Source: Octopus vulgaris (taxonomy: Eukaryota). Taken from it: a stretch of 64,000 nt of DNA. The position numbers and the translations under genes are program-made. Within the stretch, counting starts at the first letter, position 1; every line of letters begins with the position of its first letter. Under the pieces are notes generated by a model, which saw nothing but the letters and a program-made list of their open reading frames with translations, searched no databases and had not been told where the DNA came from. Where the stretch lies: positions 29,202,001 through 29,266,000 of the forward strand of contig OX597819.1 of assembly GCA_951406725.2 (NCBI GenBank). Reading direction: 5' to 3'. This document shows positions 39,435 to 54,297 of the stretch, one piece after another.

Positions 39435-39677
39435 AATCCCTTAAATATTATAGAAGCAGTTGTTCACATTTCATTCATCACTTTTAGTTTCTTTTTCTCC
39501 TATGTCACTCCTTAGTGATCCTTCACTCTTGAGAACTTTAGCAAAACCAATAATATATTTCATATCAACAAAGACAACAACCAGGCCTCACATGATAACC
39601 GTTTAGTTAAGTGTCAAATCCATGATCATCTATCTCTGTTCTTAGACCTACAATCTTGCACACACATCAATATCATG

Positions 39678-40012
39678 AAGGCACATGGCTCAATGGTTAG
39701 AGTGTTGGGTTCACAATCATGAGGTAGTGTGTTCAATTCCCAGACCAGGCTGTGTATTGTGTTCTTGAGCAAGACACTTTATTTCATGTTGTTCCAGTTC
39801 ACTCAACTGTAGAAATGAGTTGTGATGCCACTGGTGCCAAGCTGTATTGGTGATTGTCTTTTCTTTGGATAACATTGGTGGCATGGAGAGAGGAGGATGG
39901 TATGCATGGGCGACTGCTGGTCTTCTATAAACAACTTTAGCCAGACTTGTGCCTTGGAGGGGAACTTTCTAGGTGTAATCCCATGGTCATTCATGACCAA
40001 AGAGGGTCTTTA
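39678..40012 (+). mobile_element. tRNA-derived SINE (family E)
   Basis: GGCACATGGCTCAATGGTTAGAG...GTTCAATTCCC; matches 5680-5960. Confidence 0.8.
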
Positions 40013-42744
40013 ACCTTTATCTTTCTAGATCACTATCACAGCAGCTCAAGTCAATGAGGTTCTATTAAATTTGCTGAACACAAATATAGTTATGTTTCTC
40101 ACAATGCACATATGGTTCTGCATTTCAATCCTCCTCATCCTTCCACATACAGGCATCATCTATACACAACCATAACATATCAAACTAAATATACAATGTT
40201 TTCATGAACAGAGGTCTTTGAGAAACTCTTTCACAAAGGATATGGTCAAAGTTGTAATTATTAAATATCTCAAGGAAATATTATCTATCTCACTCTATAG
40301 TTATAAACAACATACAACTAAACCTCTCAGAGTTGTTACATATGCTTTAGGCTCTCATAATCTCTAATGACCTCATTTCTCAAACTCAACCCATAGAATA
40401 TCACAAAAACTACATCACAAATGCTAACATTCCTGTTTAGGGTTAAAATACTTCAGGCGCAATCAGTTGCTGAGCCACATTTGTATACTTGTCTCTTACA
40501 AAAATTCCAAAAAAGATTATTAGAGGTGTTATAACACAATAAAGAAATAATGGGTTCAACCCAGGGTGGAGAACATGGGTCATTTGCAAATCTTAAATGG
40601 GGCCTCCATAAAGATGTCTGGATTTAGCATAAAACATGCGCCCATGCGTGCACACACACACGTCTGATCCATCAAGGAAGGCATTAATTCATCATCATCA
40701 TTTAATGTCCGTTGTCCATGCTGGCATGGGTTGGACAGTGTGACCAGAGCTGGCAAGCTGGGGGACCGCAGCAGACTCCAGTCTTTGGCATAGTTTTTAT
40801 GGCTGGATGCCCTTCCTAACACCAACCACTTTACAGAGTGTGCTGGATGCTTTTACAAGGCACCACACAGGTGCTTTTACATGGTGCCACATGGGGCACT
40901 TTTATGTGTCACTGCGTGGGTGGTTTTATGTGGCACCACATGGGCACTTTTACATGGCACTACATTTTCACTTGGCACAGTTCTGGATAAGAAATCATTC
41001 GAACTCTGACAGCCCATTCAAAACATGCAAGCATGGTAAACTATATTAAAATGGATGATGCTATTGATGATGATGATGATGATGATGATGATAGAGTGTG
41101 TGTGTTTAAATAATTACAAGGTCATTTAATATTTTTATGTCTTAATTACATTTTCACAATAAATCTAATTGCATTTTCCTGTATTTTTAATAAAATTTTC
41201 TCCAATCTGTCCTGTCTCAGATTACATTTAATGCAATGTGGTGGTCTTCAAATATATAAAAGGTTTCCTGTTTCTGGTCTAGCCAATATTTAAGAAGTAA
41301 GAAGTAATGTTGCACAGTTCTTGTTGGAAACAAGTAAAATCTGTTATTTGATGCTATTAAACAGTATGAGTATCAGATGTTAATTATTGGCAGAAAGTGA
41401 TAGCTAATGGTAATTCCTGATATTACAAATGAAAAGAATGTTGGATTCAAAAGAGAGTGAAGAAATACAAATTGCTGCATTTGCAAAATAGTTGAAAAGG
41501 ACTTGAAGTGGGTAACAAATTGATGAAAAGCTAAACAAATACAGAATTAAAGGTTTATCAGATCTTTAGAAGAAGAGATTGAAAGAATGCCATTTATGTA
41601 AGAAATTTTGGTAAAACTAGTGAGAAGGCTTTAAATTAGGTGCTTATAATCTACTTCAAGACTTTTGCTTGCTTGTACAGTTTCAAAATCATTGTTAATA
41701 TGATTGAAGGCTGCAGATTTTGTAGTACCATGTTTTCATTGGCTAGGAATCATTGGAATAATCAAGAGGCAGAATATATGTCTGTCTTTTCAAAAGCTAT
41801 TGTGATAGCCCTTAAATTAATATGAACACTCAAATTTTGAGGGCAGATGACTTATTCGTTTTAAGGTTTAGCCAGAAGGGTAAAAAAAGTAGGGCCTAAA
41901 AAAACTGGCAGTAGAAGAAGGGAGGTAGAAATATGATTCAATTCACAGGGTGTGACAGTGGGAAACAGAACAATTCAAGACTGAGATATCATCAAATCAG
42001 GTATTTCCATCAATCTAAATATTTTGGTGGCAATAATAAGGTGATGATGGTGGTGGTTAAAAGCAAGACTAATTAGGTAGAGGGTAGCAAAGGTGATTAA
42101 GGAGGTGAAGCAATAGGGTGATGGGCATTAGAGATAGACACTTGCATGTGTTAGGAAGGTGGGGATAATAAGGCTGTGGTCGTTAGGGGGGGGGCAGGGG
42201 TGGTTTAGTAGGGTGGTAGTTAAGAAGGTAGGAGTAATTATGTGGTGAGAAATAAGAAGGCATCGGCAATAAGATAGTGGGTGTTGGAGAAGTGGAAGTT
42301 AAGGCAATGTTATACATCGACATTGTTGATGATTTCATCTTGATTACATTATAATGCATGTATGCATGTGTGTACATATATGAAAAAAACATGTGAGTAT
42401 ACATGTCAAGTGTCTGTGTGTGCATGTGTATGTATGCACTTGCATAAAGTGATATATATATTTATATATATGTGGTACTCAAAAGACACTTTCCTTTGAC
42501 TTTTAAACCGATATTCTTCTAGTTTCTGCTTCCACAAGAGTCAAACATTGTTTCAATTTAGTATTTGACACAAGGTTAAAAATAAAAGCAACAGGTTAAG
42601 AATAGGGAAATAAGATTCACAAATGAAAGAAGAAAGATAAGCTTGGAATAAAAGAAGAACCAGATGTATTAGAATGAAAACAAAAGGAGAAAGCTCTGGT
42701 GAAATATGGTGGAAGAACAAAAATAATTTAAATGTAAATTAGAC

Positions 42745-42909
42745 GTAGGAGTGGCTGTGTGGTAAGTAGCTTGCTTACCAACCACATGGTTCTGCGTGGC
42801 ACCTTGGGCAAGTGTCTTCTACTATAGCCTCGGGCCAATCAAAGCCTTGTGAGTGGATTTGGTAGATGGAAACAGAAAGAAGCCCGTCGTATATATGTAT
42901 ATATATGTA

Positions 42910-42966
<57 letters not shown>

Positions 42967-43160
42967 TTGTCACTCCAACATCGCTTGACAACCGATGCTG
43001 GTGTGTTTACGTCCTCGTTACATTAGCGGTTCGGCAAAAGAGACCGATAAAATAAGAAACTAGGCTTACAAAGAATAAGTCCTTGGGTCGATTTGCTCGA
43101 CTAAAGGCGGTGCTCCAGCATGGCCACAGTCAGATGACTGAAACAAGTAAAAGAGTAAAT
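42745..43160 (+). mobile_element. CORE-like SINE family B with internal (TG)n
   Basis: GGAGTGGCTGTGTGGTAAGTAGCTTGC...ACCTTGGGCAAGTGTCTTC...ACTGAAACAAGTAAAAGAGTAA. Confidence 0.88.
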
Positions 43161-43411
43161 AATCAAAGGTAGAATAGCAAGTCATCATTGGAAAAAGAAG
43201 ACCCAGTGCCAATTACTGATTTGATGTTTGACAAATAAGAAAAACAGAGGGATGAAGCTTAAAGACTGACGAAGACAAAAAGACAATATAGAAGTACTTA
43301 GTGAAACAAGAATCTGGTTCCTTTTAATCTGTAGCACAGTTTAACATTACTACTGCATGCATGATCCTTGGGTAGGAAGTGTTTTGGTATAGCAGTTTTG
43401 TTGACACCTAT

Positions 43412-43781
43412 GGAAGCACTCCGTCGGTTACGACGATGAGGGTTCCGGTTGATCCGAATCAACGGAACAGCCTGCTCGTGAAATTAACGTGTAAGTGGCT
43501 GAGCACTCCACAGACACGTGTACCCTTAACGTAGTTCTCGGGGATATTCAGCGTGACACAGAGAGTGACAAGGCCGGTCCTTTGAAATACAGGTACAACA
43601 GAAACAGGAAGTAAGAGTGAGAGAAAGTTGTGGTGAAAGAGTACAGCAGGGATCACCACCATCCCCTGCCGGAGCCTCGTGGAGCTTTAGGTGTTTTCGC
43701 TCAATAAACACTCACAACGCCCGGTCTGGGAATCGAAACCGCGAGTCCGCTGCCCTAACCACTGGGCCATTGCGCCTCCAC
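43412..43781 (-). mobile_element. Young full-length tRNA-derived SINE (family D) with TSD
   Basis: Head TGGCCCAGTGGTTAGGGCAGCG / GGTTTCGATTCCC; CpGs retained. TSD TGTTGACACCTAT at 43399-43411 and 43782-43794. Confidence 0.92.
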
Positions 43782-43934
43782 TGTTGACACCTATATGGTG
43801 CCACTGATTTGATGTTGATTTATTTGACAACAACGGTTCTAATCCCTCTCTCTCTCTCATGTGTGAGCATATTTCTCTATGAGTATGAGGAGAGGGAAAA
43901 TGTTTATGTCAGCTGTGTTCAATCAACAGATGAA

Positions 43935-44225
43935 AGCACATGGCTTAGTGGTTAGGGTATCCGCCTCATGGTCAAAAGGTCATGAGTTCAATTCTTGGAA
44001 GCTCATAGTGCCCTTGAGTAAGAGACTTTATTTCATATTGTTCCAGTTCACTCATCTGGCAAAAGTGAGCAGCACCTGTATCATGTTGAATCTCCCTGAG
44101 AACTACATTAAGAGTACATGTGTCTGTGGAGTGCTCAACTATTTGCACGTTAATTTCATGAGCAGGCTGTTCTGTTGATTGGATCAACTGGAACCTTCAT
44201 CGTCATAGCCAACAGAGTGCCAGTT
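43935..44225 (+). mobile_element. SINE with E-like head and D-like tail
   Basis: Tail GTGTCTGTGGAGTGCTCA...TTAATTTCA.GAGCAGGCTGTT is shared with family D. Related copy at 49215-49535 (-). Confidence 0.75.
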
Positions 44226-44407
44226 AAATAAATAAATTGTAATGTCTCTCTTCCTCTCTCTCACTTTTTAAATCTATATATGCACATTTCTGTGTTTGCA
44301 TGCATCTGTGCTCGTGTGTGTGTGTTTACTGTCAGTGTCAAAAAGTGCTGTTACTAAAACAAGCTGAATATCCAGTCAACTGTATCAAAGCATCAGCATC
44401 CAATCAC

Positions 44408-44544
44408 CTGATTCTGATACGTCTTTGAGTGCATAGAGAGTCTTCTCTAATGCAAGCAGTTGAGTCTGGTCTGAGTATAATTTCCTCTTTTCAGCTTTGG
44501 AGTTCACAAAATGTTTCTTGAGCACTGCCCTTACTCCACTCTGA
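44408..44544 (-). CDS. Candidate internal exon of an unidentified gene
   Basis: Polypyrimidine acceptor ttttttgttatcctttag(tcag), donor CAG|GTGATT, single open frame SGVRAVLKKHFVNSKAEKRKLYSDQTQLLALEKTLYALKDVSES, non-repetitive composition. Confidence 0.35.
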
Positions 44545-45497
44545 CTAAAGGATAACAAAAAAGGGGGCATATAATGATAGTGGGTTAAATTTAATATCTA
44601 TGATACTTCTTTCTTTTCCTCCTGGTATAGTACGTAGACTTCGTGCTTGCTTTTTTTAAAAATTTGTTCGCTTTTATCATAGTTTTGCCTCTCTTAATAT
44701 CTATGTATCTACCTCAATGTTATCATAATTAGTGTTGGTGTTACAATAAAAATGTCCCAGATGTGGAACCATCACATTTATAGTTGCAAAATTACTCTGC
44801 ATTGAATCTTTTATCAGGAAAGAAAGTGCCGAGCATCAAAGTTCGCTGATGTGAAAAAAAGAAGAGCAAGCTATGCAAAACCGGGACTTATTGACAAGAA
44901 GGGTTGGTCTTTTTTTGGGTTTTTTTTAGAACATATTCACTAGACAAATTATCAAATAATAGATATTTAGAATTGCTGAGCAAATGTGTCCTAGGAAGAT
45001 AAAATGACTGATACAATATGTAGAAAGGCCAACATTATTTGAAAGCAAAGAAATAGAATGGAAGAGTGGAATAATTAAAGAACAGAAGATTGGAAGTCAT
45101 TATTGTAAAAGATCGCAACTTTGAATCATATCTAATTGCTGTGGGTAGAGGAAGGAAAACTAGAACAGTTACAATTTTTCAATATTACTAGACAGATAGT
45201 TTTATGGTACAGAATGGATGTTTATTGAATTTATTCAATACAGGTTGTTAAGTTTTCAATGAATTATGTGTAATTGTTAGGATGAATAAAAAGAATTATG
45301 TGTAATTGTTAAAAGCAACTCATATGAAATGGGCTACAAGCAACTGAGTTTTAAGGCAGTTTTAAAGGCAGTTTCCAAAGGCAAAACAGCAATTAAAAAA
45401 AAAAGTTACAAAACTTCAAACTATTTAGTTGTATTTTGCTATAGTAAATTACTAGTTGAATTTAAGTCAATATGAAAAACAGTTGCATTTCTGTATG

Positions 45498-45550
<53 letters not shown>

Positions 45551-45922
45551 GTATATTTATATGTATATTTATATATCATCATCATCGTCATATAATGTCC
45601 GTTTTCCATGCTGGTATGGGTTGGACGATTTGGTTGAAAATTCGTAAGCTGGGGAGCTACACCAGGTTCCAGTCTGATTTGGCATGGTTTCTATGGCTGG
45701 ATGCTCTTCCTAATGCCAACCACTCCAAGAGTGTAGTGGGTGCTTTTACATGTGCCAGTTACATAACACCAGCATGGGCCACAACTATAATCTCACTTGG
45801 TCTGACAGGTCTTCTCAGCATGGTATATCACTAAAGTTCTCAGTCACTTGTCACTGCCTCCGTGAGACCCAATGCTGAAAGGGTGTTTTTTTTACATGCT
45901 ACCAGCATGTAAAATATTTATG

Positions 45923-45954
<32 letters not shown>

Positions 45955-45956
45955 TA

Positions 45957-45997
<41 letters not shown>

Positions 45998-46145
45998 ATG
46001 CAAAATATATGTGATAAATTTAAAGAAAACAATGAAAGCTGCTAGAAAAATTATGGTTTTGAGAAATATTATAAGCATCTATCATCTGCATGTGAAAATG
46101 CCTTTTAAAACGGGGGTGTAGAATAAAATTAAATGGTTCCAATTC

Positions 46146-46696
46146 TATTGGATTGTCCGGAAAGCTTACCTTTTGACTTATTTTAGAACATGGTTGAGTC
46201 CATAAAATAGGATTTGACTACACCTCCATTTAGAGCACAGTTTAAGCTATCTTTTCATGGAAGAAGGTTTATGTTCCTATAACCGGTGTTAATTCTGTAA
46301 CCCTTTAAAATGGAAGATAAGAAAGTTCATTTTCGGCACTTAATGCTTTAGGAACCAGACAAAAATTGCTGCAGCTCGGCTGCGATGTGTTACCCCACCC
46401 TCTATATTCACCAGATATTGCTCCTTCAGATTTCCGCTTACTCAGGTCTCTGCAGAATAGTCTTAATGGTAAAAAATTTCAATTCCTTGGATGACGTAAA
46501 AAGATACCTTGATGAATTCTTTGCCATGAAACCACCTCAATTCTGAGAAGAGGGTATTTTCAAGTTAAAGGAACGATAGAGACGCATTGTGCAACAAAAT
46601 GGTTCATATTTGGTTGAATAAAAATGTAATGGCAAGTATTTATTGACCTTTTTCTTTCCTTTAAAAATTGGTACAAACTTTCCGGACAACCCAATA
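46146..46696 (+). mobile_element. Internally deleted mariner with both TIRs
   Basis: TA-TTGGATTGTCCGGAAAG ... CTTTCCGGACAACCCAA-TA. MEDKKVHFRHLML is fused to TRQKLLQLGCDVLPHPLYSPDIAPSDF. Confidence 0.93.
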
Positions 46697-48647
46697 TATT
46701 TTCAATATGCAAATGTCATAGGTTAGGAAAAATACAAATAATAATTTTTAAAATAGGTATAAAGACGTAGATTAAAGAAATGAGTGGGAATTTGTGGCAT
46801 TCATCCCAGGACTTTCCCAAAAATTCAAGTTGAAAACAAAGGGATTTTAATTGGGTATTTTTCAAAGTTAGCTGTAGCTTTATCATAACTGTCAAAAAGA
46901 TAATAGAAATATTAAGAACTATTTTTTTCCTTTTTAATCTCACTTTTGTATTTTTAAAACATAATAAAATGAAATAGCAAACAAATGCTATGCATATATC
47001 TATTTAGAATACTGAAACTTATGAAGAAATCTTGCACTGTGCTTGCTATCATTATTTACATTTATTCTATCTTTACACATTTCTGCCTGTGATTTATCAT
47101 TGTTCACCAGGTAATTCAAAAATTAGCAAAGATTATCTGTTAAAATTTGAAAGTATTTTGCTAGTAAAACATTATCTTAAGCAAGATTTATATAATTCAA
47201 ATCTAAAAGCTTCAACTAAATATTCTATCTCCTAATATATCTTGTTCTGTGGGTTTTACTTCTTTTATGGATTTTCCACAAATCTCCTTACTTAATAACA
47301 TATATAATCTGACTTGAATATCATTTATCGATCAGGTTTTTTTTCCTTTATATTTCTGTCTTGATATTTTCATTAGTGTGTTCTCTGATTGTTCTCCAGT
47401 GCCATATCTCTACAGGAATATATATCCTTGCAATAGAATTCAACTCATGATTTCTAACAATGAACCTTTGTAACATAGCCTTTTATTTAATTTTTTTTTT
47501 TTTACAATAAATGGATTACAATACCCACCTCCACTCCCATAACATAGCCAGGTTATTAAACTATTTTAATATTCTCTGTTCAATAAAATAAGTAGACAGA
47601 GGTAGAGAATGGCGAGAGATTGGAAAGAAGAGGAAGAGGAGAGGTGTGTGTGAGTCAGTGAGAGAGAGAGAGAGAGAGGGTATTACAAGCCAATGGGCAA
47701 AATGGATATTATATGACTTAACGTAGGACTAAATAAACAAAGCAGTTAATCTTTAATTCAAAAGATCAGCAATGGAAACTTTCTGAGAAAGAAAATGTAT
47801 AAAATTTATATATATTTGGACATTAAATCTTAAATCTAAGAAATATGTTCAACTTACTCGAATTCTGAAATCACACAAGGTATTTTGTTTGGTTTGTGCC
47901 TGAAAATATAAGAAATTAAAATATAAGTATTCCTTTTAGAAACCCATCTCAGCACATTTTCAAAATCATTCATTTTCGTTATTTCAGTCATCAATCCCTG
48001 TACAAGTATTTTACTAAAAGAAAATGTAACAAATCAATATCACATAACTATAAAATTGAAGAATAAATATTAAAATAAAATCTAAGTTCATACAGTATTT
48101 CGAATCATTATGATTATTTTCCAATACTGATGGTTCTACAATTTTACACAATAGTTTAGTTACAATGTTCTTTTCTATTACTATTAATAATAATTTTTAT
48201 TTTTTTACTCTAAGGAACAAAGCAATTGATTTTCTTTATTGCTTGTATTTTGCAATTTTTTTTTAATATCAAAAATATAATTACAAATCAAAAACAATGA
48301 TAGGTAATGGTTAATTAATTAAAACAGTTCTTTTGTAGATATATTAACTTTTAATTCAGCATTTTGAGATTTCAATACAAAGAGTGTCATGGGATAAACT
48401 ATCGACCTCATATCACAAATTAAAATATAAGTAACAGATATGCCTAATGATGAGTGGTCGACTATAAATATTGAAATTAATGGGTGTTAAAATCTATCTT
48501 GGAAGATATGTAGCAATGTCTTTTGTTCTTCTTTTATTGGTTTCCATATGTATACACTTAGATTAAAATCAGTGTGGGAGTGAGAGACCAATATATGCAA
48601 TCAGAATGTGCCATTTTTCATGCTATGCTGATCACAAACGCACACAT

Positions 48648-49030
48648 ATCTGTATAGATGCACATCTGTACACACACACACCTGTATAGATGCACATCTG
48701 TACACACACACATCTGTATAGATGCATATCTGTACACACACACATCTGTACACAAACACACATCTGTACACAAACACACATCTGTACACACACACACATC
48801 TGTACACACACACATCTGTACACACACACATCTGTACACAAACACACATCTGTACACAAACACACATCTGTACACAAACACACATCTGTAAACACACACA
48901 TCTGTAAACACACACATCTGTAAACACACACATCTGTAAACACACACATCTGTACACACACACAACTGTACACACACACAACTGTACAGACACACACACA
49001 CACACACGCACGCACACACACACACACAAA
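48648..49030. repeat. 14-16-bp minisatellite CATCTGTA(CA)n
   Basis: About 20 tandem units visible. Confidence 0.95.
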
Positions 49031-52008
49031 TATATGTACACATACAATCATGCACACAGCTGGCTTCTACACAGTTTCAATTTACCACATTTCACTTACA
49101 AGGAATTTTGTTAATTTGCAGTAATAATAGAAAACACTTGTCAAAAGTGACGTGGAACCGCAGAGTTGAGAGACGCATCTCTTAACCACACAACCAATCT
49201 GACAACCTCGCATTACTGGTACTTCATTGGTTATGATGATAAGGGTTCCAGTTGATCCAATCAATGGAACAATCTGCCCATGAAATGAAGGTGCAAGTAG
49301 TTGAGCACTCTACAGATACACAAACCCTTAATGTAGTTTTCAGGGAGATTCAACATGACACAGGCAAGGCTGGCCCTTTTAAAATACAAATACTACTCAT
49401 TTTTGCCAGCTGAGTGGACTGGAGCAACATGAAATAGAGTGTCTTGCTCAAGGATACAATGCACCACCAGGAATTGAACACAAAACCTTACAGTTGAGAG
49501 ATGTATACCCTAACCACTAAGTTATGTGCTTTCACTAATGTGCATAATTATTTTACCAGAACATATGAATTGTTTTACTTAGAATTAATTAAGCAAAGAT
49601 TATGAGTTGAGGTTTAATTATCGCTTAATACTACTGTTGAAACAAAGTTGTTGACTGAATTATAGAGGGAAGATAAGTTGTGGATATAAACAGAACAGAT
49701 AATGGTTTATCTTTTTTGTGGGGTTGAAGAAAAGAATTGCATTGTATGTCTGAGAAAGCTATTGAATAAATCTTGTCTGATTTAATGAGTGTTAAAGCAT
49801 AAAATGAAAATCAGAGCCTCTTAATGATAGATTACAGAACTAATTAGGAATTGATAAGTACTTTGATAACTGCTAAATATTAAGAAATAAATTGGAACTC
49901 TAAAACAAGTGTATTGTAATGGACACTTCTTGGAAAGTTGACAAAAGTGAAAGTATGAAATACAATGAAAGAAAGTAACAAATGTAATTATTATAGGATA
50001 GGAAATGTTCTTTTTTTATTCAACAGATGCGATATAGGTACTTTTAAAAATGCTTAAAAACCACTTATAATTTAAAAAAACTAATAGAATATTGGGCAAA
50101 ATATCTTACATATAAAAAAATTGTAATTGTAACCCTTTAGTTTCAGAATAAAAATTCTACTGAAGTCAACTTAGCTTCAGAAAGATGAAAGGTGAAGCAA
50201 CAGTCAAGTACTTGAATAAGAAATAATGAAATATAACTCTGAGGATAGTGCCACAGCGTAGCTACAATCTACTGATTGACAACAGTAAAGGAATAAACAG
50301 AAAATGGCAATAATTGGAAATGAAATAAAATAATCAGGAAATTCACAGTTATAAAGCTAGTTAACAAGGAGGCGAAAAAAAATCAAAACTCTTGTACAAT
50401 TAAGAAGATTTTTTCCTATGTTAACTAAATGTAGAAAAATATACATCAATACAGAAGCAAAATAACAAAATATTGAAGATGGATAGCTTCTTACAATGCA
50501 AAAAGAAAAAGTTTAATAACCCTTATATATCTCAGGCACCAAGGTCCATCATCAGAATTAAATGGTCAAGAAATGCAAGTCTATTCAGTACCAGCCATAA
50601 GGCTGGTACTGTAAATGGCTTACTAATAGACTTTTGCATTTTTACAGGGTAAGACACTCTCAGCCTTCACTATTTTACTTCTTTATCACAATGTTTCAAG
50701 CAAGCAATAAGGCTCTTCATAAACTGATATACTTACTCTGACTGATATCTCAAATGATCTTTCCTAACATTTTCACAATATCAGCAAAGCAAAGACTACA
50801 CCTTTAGGGCTAGGAAATACTTCAGTACCCAGGAGCTGTGAACTCTCAGAAAAACTCAAGTTTGACACACATCAGAGACAATGCTGCTTCAACATGTATA
50901 AACAATAAGATGAAACAAGCTGCATGACAAACATATTTATTGCTCTCAGGAATAATAATATAAAACAACTGGAAACTAATGAACAAAGAGAGAGTGGAGT
51001 GGGGAAAGTGTGTATGCAATTTCCATAATATACAATTTTGCACCCACTAAAAGGCAAATGCCTTGAGGAAAGGGTGTAGGTGTCTCCATTAGCAACATCT
51101 GAAGAAGTTACATAAAGCTTACAATCAATACACTCCTTCAAGAGTCATCTGCACCATTGCAATAGCTAGTTTTATCATTATTACCAGAACAACACTAAAA
51201 AATGTTCAAAATATATTTAGAAATAACAGGTATAATTGAATAGGTAGTTTTAGACAATAACCTAAACTATTGCAACTTCTGTTTCACAGAGAAACTCCAT
51301 ATAATCTGCTGTCCTACTCAAAATTAAAGCAAGAGAGCAATGATTTCAACTAGTGAACAAATTGGCCAAATTCTTCAAGAATTTAAAGAAGGAAATTTAC
51401 CCCCATATACTTTTAATAAATGACAGAAGCTGCTAACAGTCTACACCATCTAGATTCATTTTATCATACTCTGCATGGTCAACTTCAGAGATAATTGAAT
51501 AAAACTGTGGCTCATACAAAGAAAGGAGTCTGTATGCCCTTGCATACAGACTCATCCCCAGCAAGCCTCTCCAGCTGAGCATCCCTAATATTGTGGGTTT
51601 GGGTTTATATGTGCTGGTGCTATGTAAAAAGCAACCATGCTGGTGCTGTGTAAGAGTACTGAGTACACTGTGTAAAGTGGTTGGTGTTAGGGAAGGGTAT
51701 CTTACCATAGAAACCATGCCAACGCAGACATGGAGCCTGAACAGCCCTTCAGCTGGTCAGCTCAAGTCAAACTGTCTAACTCATGCCAGCATAGAAAACA
51801 ACCGCTAAATGATGATGATGATATATATATCATGAAGGTAGAGCTATAGATGCAGGCATAGCTGTATGGTTAAGAAGTTTACTTCCCAACCATATAGTCT
51901 TGGGTTAAGTCCAACTGTGTGACACCTTGGGAAAGTGTCTTCTACTATAGCATTTGATTAACCAAAGCATTTTGAGTGGATCTGGTGGATGGAAACTGAA
52001 AGAAGTCA

Positions 52009-52056
<48 letters not shown>

Positions 52057-54099
52057 TGTGTGGACCTTTGTGTAGACATCATGCAATGGTTGTGAATGAG
52101 CATCAACATTATACAGGTAAGGTTGTTCATTTCCACTCTTCCATGGAAAGCATGTCTACCTATGGGGAATTATTGGCTTGCTTGGGAAAAGGTGAGGGTT
52201 GGTGACAGGAAGAGCATCTGATTGTAGAGATGCTGCCTCAACTAATTTCATCTGATCCATGCAAGCATGGAAAAATAAAAGTTAAATGATGGCAGTGGTG
52301 GTGGCGATGACAACGACAACTACATGTTGTGTTGACCCTCAGTCATTGTCAGATATCCGATTCATATATATAGATTCATACGCATAGTACCAGACTATAT
52401 TTCTACTATAAGCTTTTATTTCTAAAAACTAAGAGAAGTAGCAGTATTATGCAATAGTCTATGAAAGTATCCAAAAATACAATACCTGATGAAGACTGAA
52501 GATCAAATCGCTTGAAAAATTATGTAGTAGTAAATATCATATTATTAGCAACAACCAATTTCAGATATTTGGACATTTAGTATATAACTATTTTACTTTC
52601 CTAGTTTAATAATATTGCTAATTGTCATTAGAAAATGAGATTTTATTGGTATGACAGTAAAATTAAATTTTAGCTGTTATAGGAAATAGGTTTTCAAAAT
52701 ATTAAACTATTGGTTGATTTCTTCTATCTACCCTTGGGAATATAAGTGTAGCACCACATATTATCATGCTGCATCATTACACCACAATATCCTCTGATTT
52801 CTGTACCCAGGTCAAAGTTCCATATTTACTAAATATTCTCCACATTTCTTTCAATCCATTTTTATATATTCCCTAAAAGCTCTTCTACTACATCCAGATC
52901 TATTGTCTGTAATGTTGCTTGTAAGATGTCTTGCATGATAGGATTGCTTTTCTATCCTGCCATTCATTTTACATTGTGGTGCTATCTATTTGCCAATTAG
53001 GAAATTCAGCAATGGAATTCTGTCATTCCCTCTAGGTCAAAAATGATTATTGATAGTTGCAAGAGCAGAGGTTGATCAATGAAAATATAGGATAGTGCAG
53101 AAAATAGAGGTAGGAAAAAGACGACATTCAAACAACTCACCTAGTCCCTTCTACCTGTAAGTACATATGTGACGTGCAAGTGCACGTGTGAATATATGCA
53201 TGTGTGGAAGAGAGAGAGAGAGAGAGAGTCCCAAGTGATTTTTTTTTTGTCAGAGTTTATTTGTAAATAAACATCTATTTCAAATACAGTAGAAAACACT
53301 GAAGAAAACAAAATTAATACTTCAGACTTGGCTGACAGTTAGTATGATAAACTATTTTGGAATGACTTTGGGTGTAAGTAGGTGAGCAGGAATGTGCTAA
53401 CTAATATTCATTGTAGACAGAGATCACAGAAAAGAAAGAAAGTCAATAATACAACATTATCCAGGAGTAAAGTAGTTTTTGAAGAGAGTAGGTTGAAGAT
53501 TTTAAAAGATAACATTCAGAAATCAATGCAAGAAATGAAAAACAGTCTGGGGAAGAATAAAAGGTCGTCAAAAAGAGTGAATAAAAAATTTGATGAAATA
53601 CTATGGAGGTGCTTGTTTTCAGAAAAAGGGACTTTTCTGCCAACCTCAAACACTCTATCACCTCTACTACCACTTAAGCATGACCTCATATCATTCTTCC
53701 TATTATAAACTCTTACAATGCAATAAAGTATCTTCTTTGGATATGAATCATGTATTTGACATAATTGGAAAGTAGACATTGAAAACTGAACTATAAAGAC
53801 CTTTTCTACTTTTCTAATGCAAATAATGTCTTAATGGACATATAACCAGAGCAGTAACAAGCCCATAGCCATGGTTCTTAATGGTAAAGAATAAAAAATG
53901 AACTGTTTATGTATATATCAAAACAAGAAATTGGAAAAAAATTTTAGTTTAATATGTAATTTACTCAGCAAAAAATATTTTTCAGAATTTTTAACTCATG
54001 CATACCTCTCCTGATTATAACATCTACATACAGCTTTAGATTGCTGGAATAAACAGATATGCTTCAAGAGAACACAGCTTGGGTTTTAACCCTATCTAC

Positions 54100-54146
<47 letters not shown>

Positions 54147-54150
<4 letters not shown>

Positions 54151-54283
54151 TTTATTTAAAAGCAGCAGAAATTCAACAAAACCTGTTGAATTTCTGCTGC
54201 TTTTAAATAAAGCATATTACTCTAGCCCTGGTATTTGAGTACTCTTTTTCCACCTTGTTTCACATTTATGTGTTAACTCCGGT
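54147..54283. mobile_element. Second copy of the 23747 palindromic family, opposite orientation, centre deleted
   Basis: CTTTATTTAAAAGCAGCAGAAATTCAACA / TGTTGAATTTCTGCTGCTTTTAAATAAAG plus the reverse complement of 23747-23815. (TA)n flanks. Confidence 0.88.
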
Positions 54284-54297
54284 ATATATATATATAT

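Noticed and set aside
38740-42330. Possible ancient LINE remnants
   Set aside because: Only compositional hints and vague motifs; boundaries cannot be supported.
43730-43781. tRNA gene
   Set aside because: The A/B boxes belong to a SINE head with TSD; there is no complete cloverleaf.
48601-49057. Cys-rich repetitive ORFs or CRISPR-like array
   Set aside because: A minisatellite with no unique spacers, in a eukaryotic context.
51526-51553. 12-bp hairpin GAGTCTGTATGC/GCATACAGACTC as a terminator or RNA gene
   Set aside because: It lies next to a family C-related repeat and has no other support.
53382-53708. 108-aa Lys-rich ORF
   Set aside because: Non-ATG start, A-rich bias and no motif; probably decayed repeat or chance.
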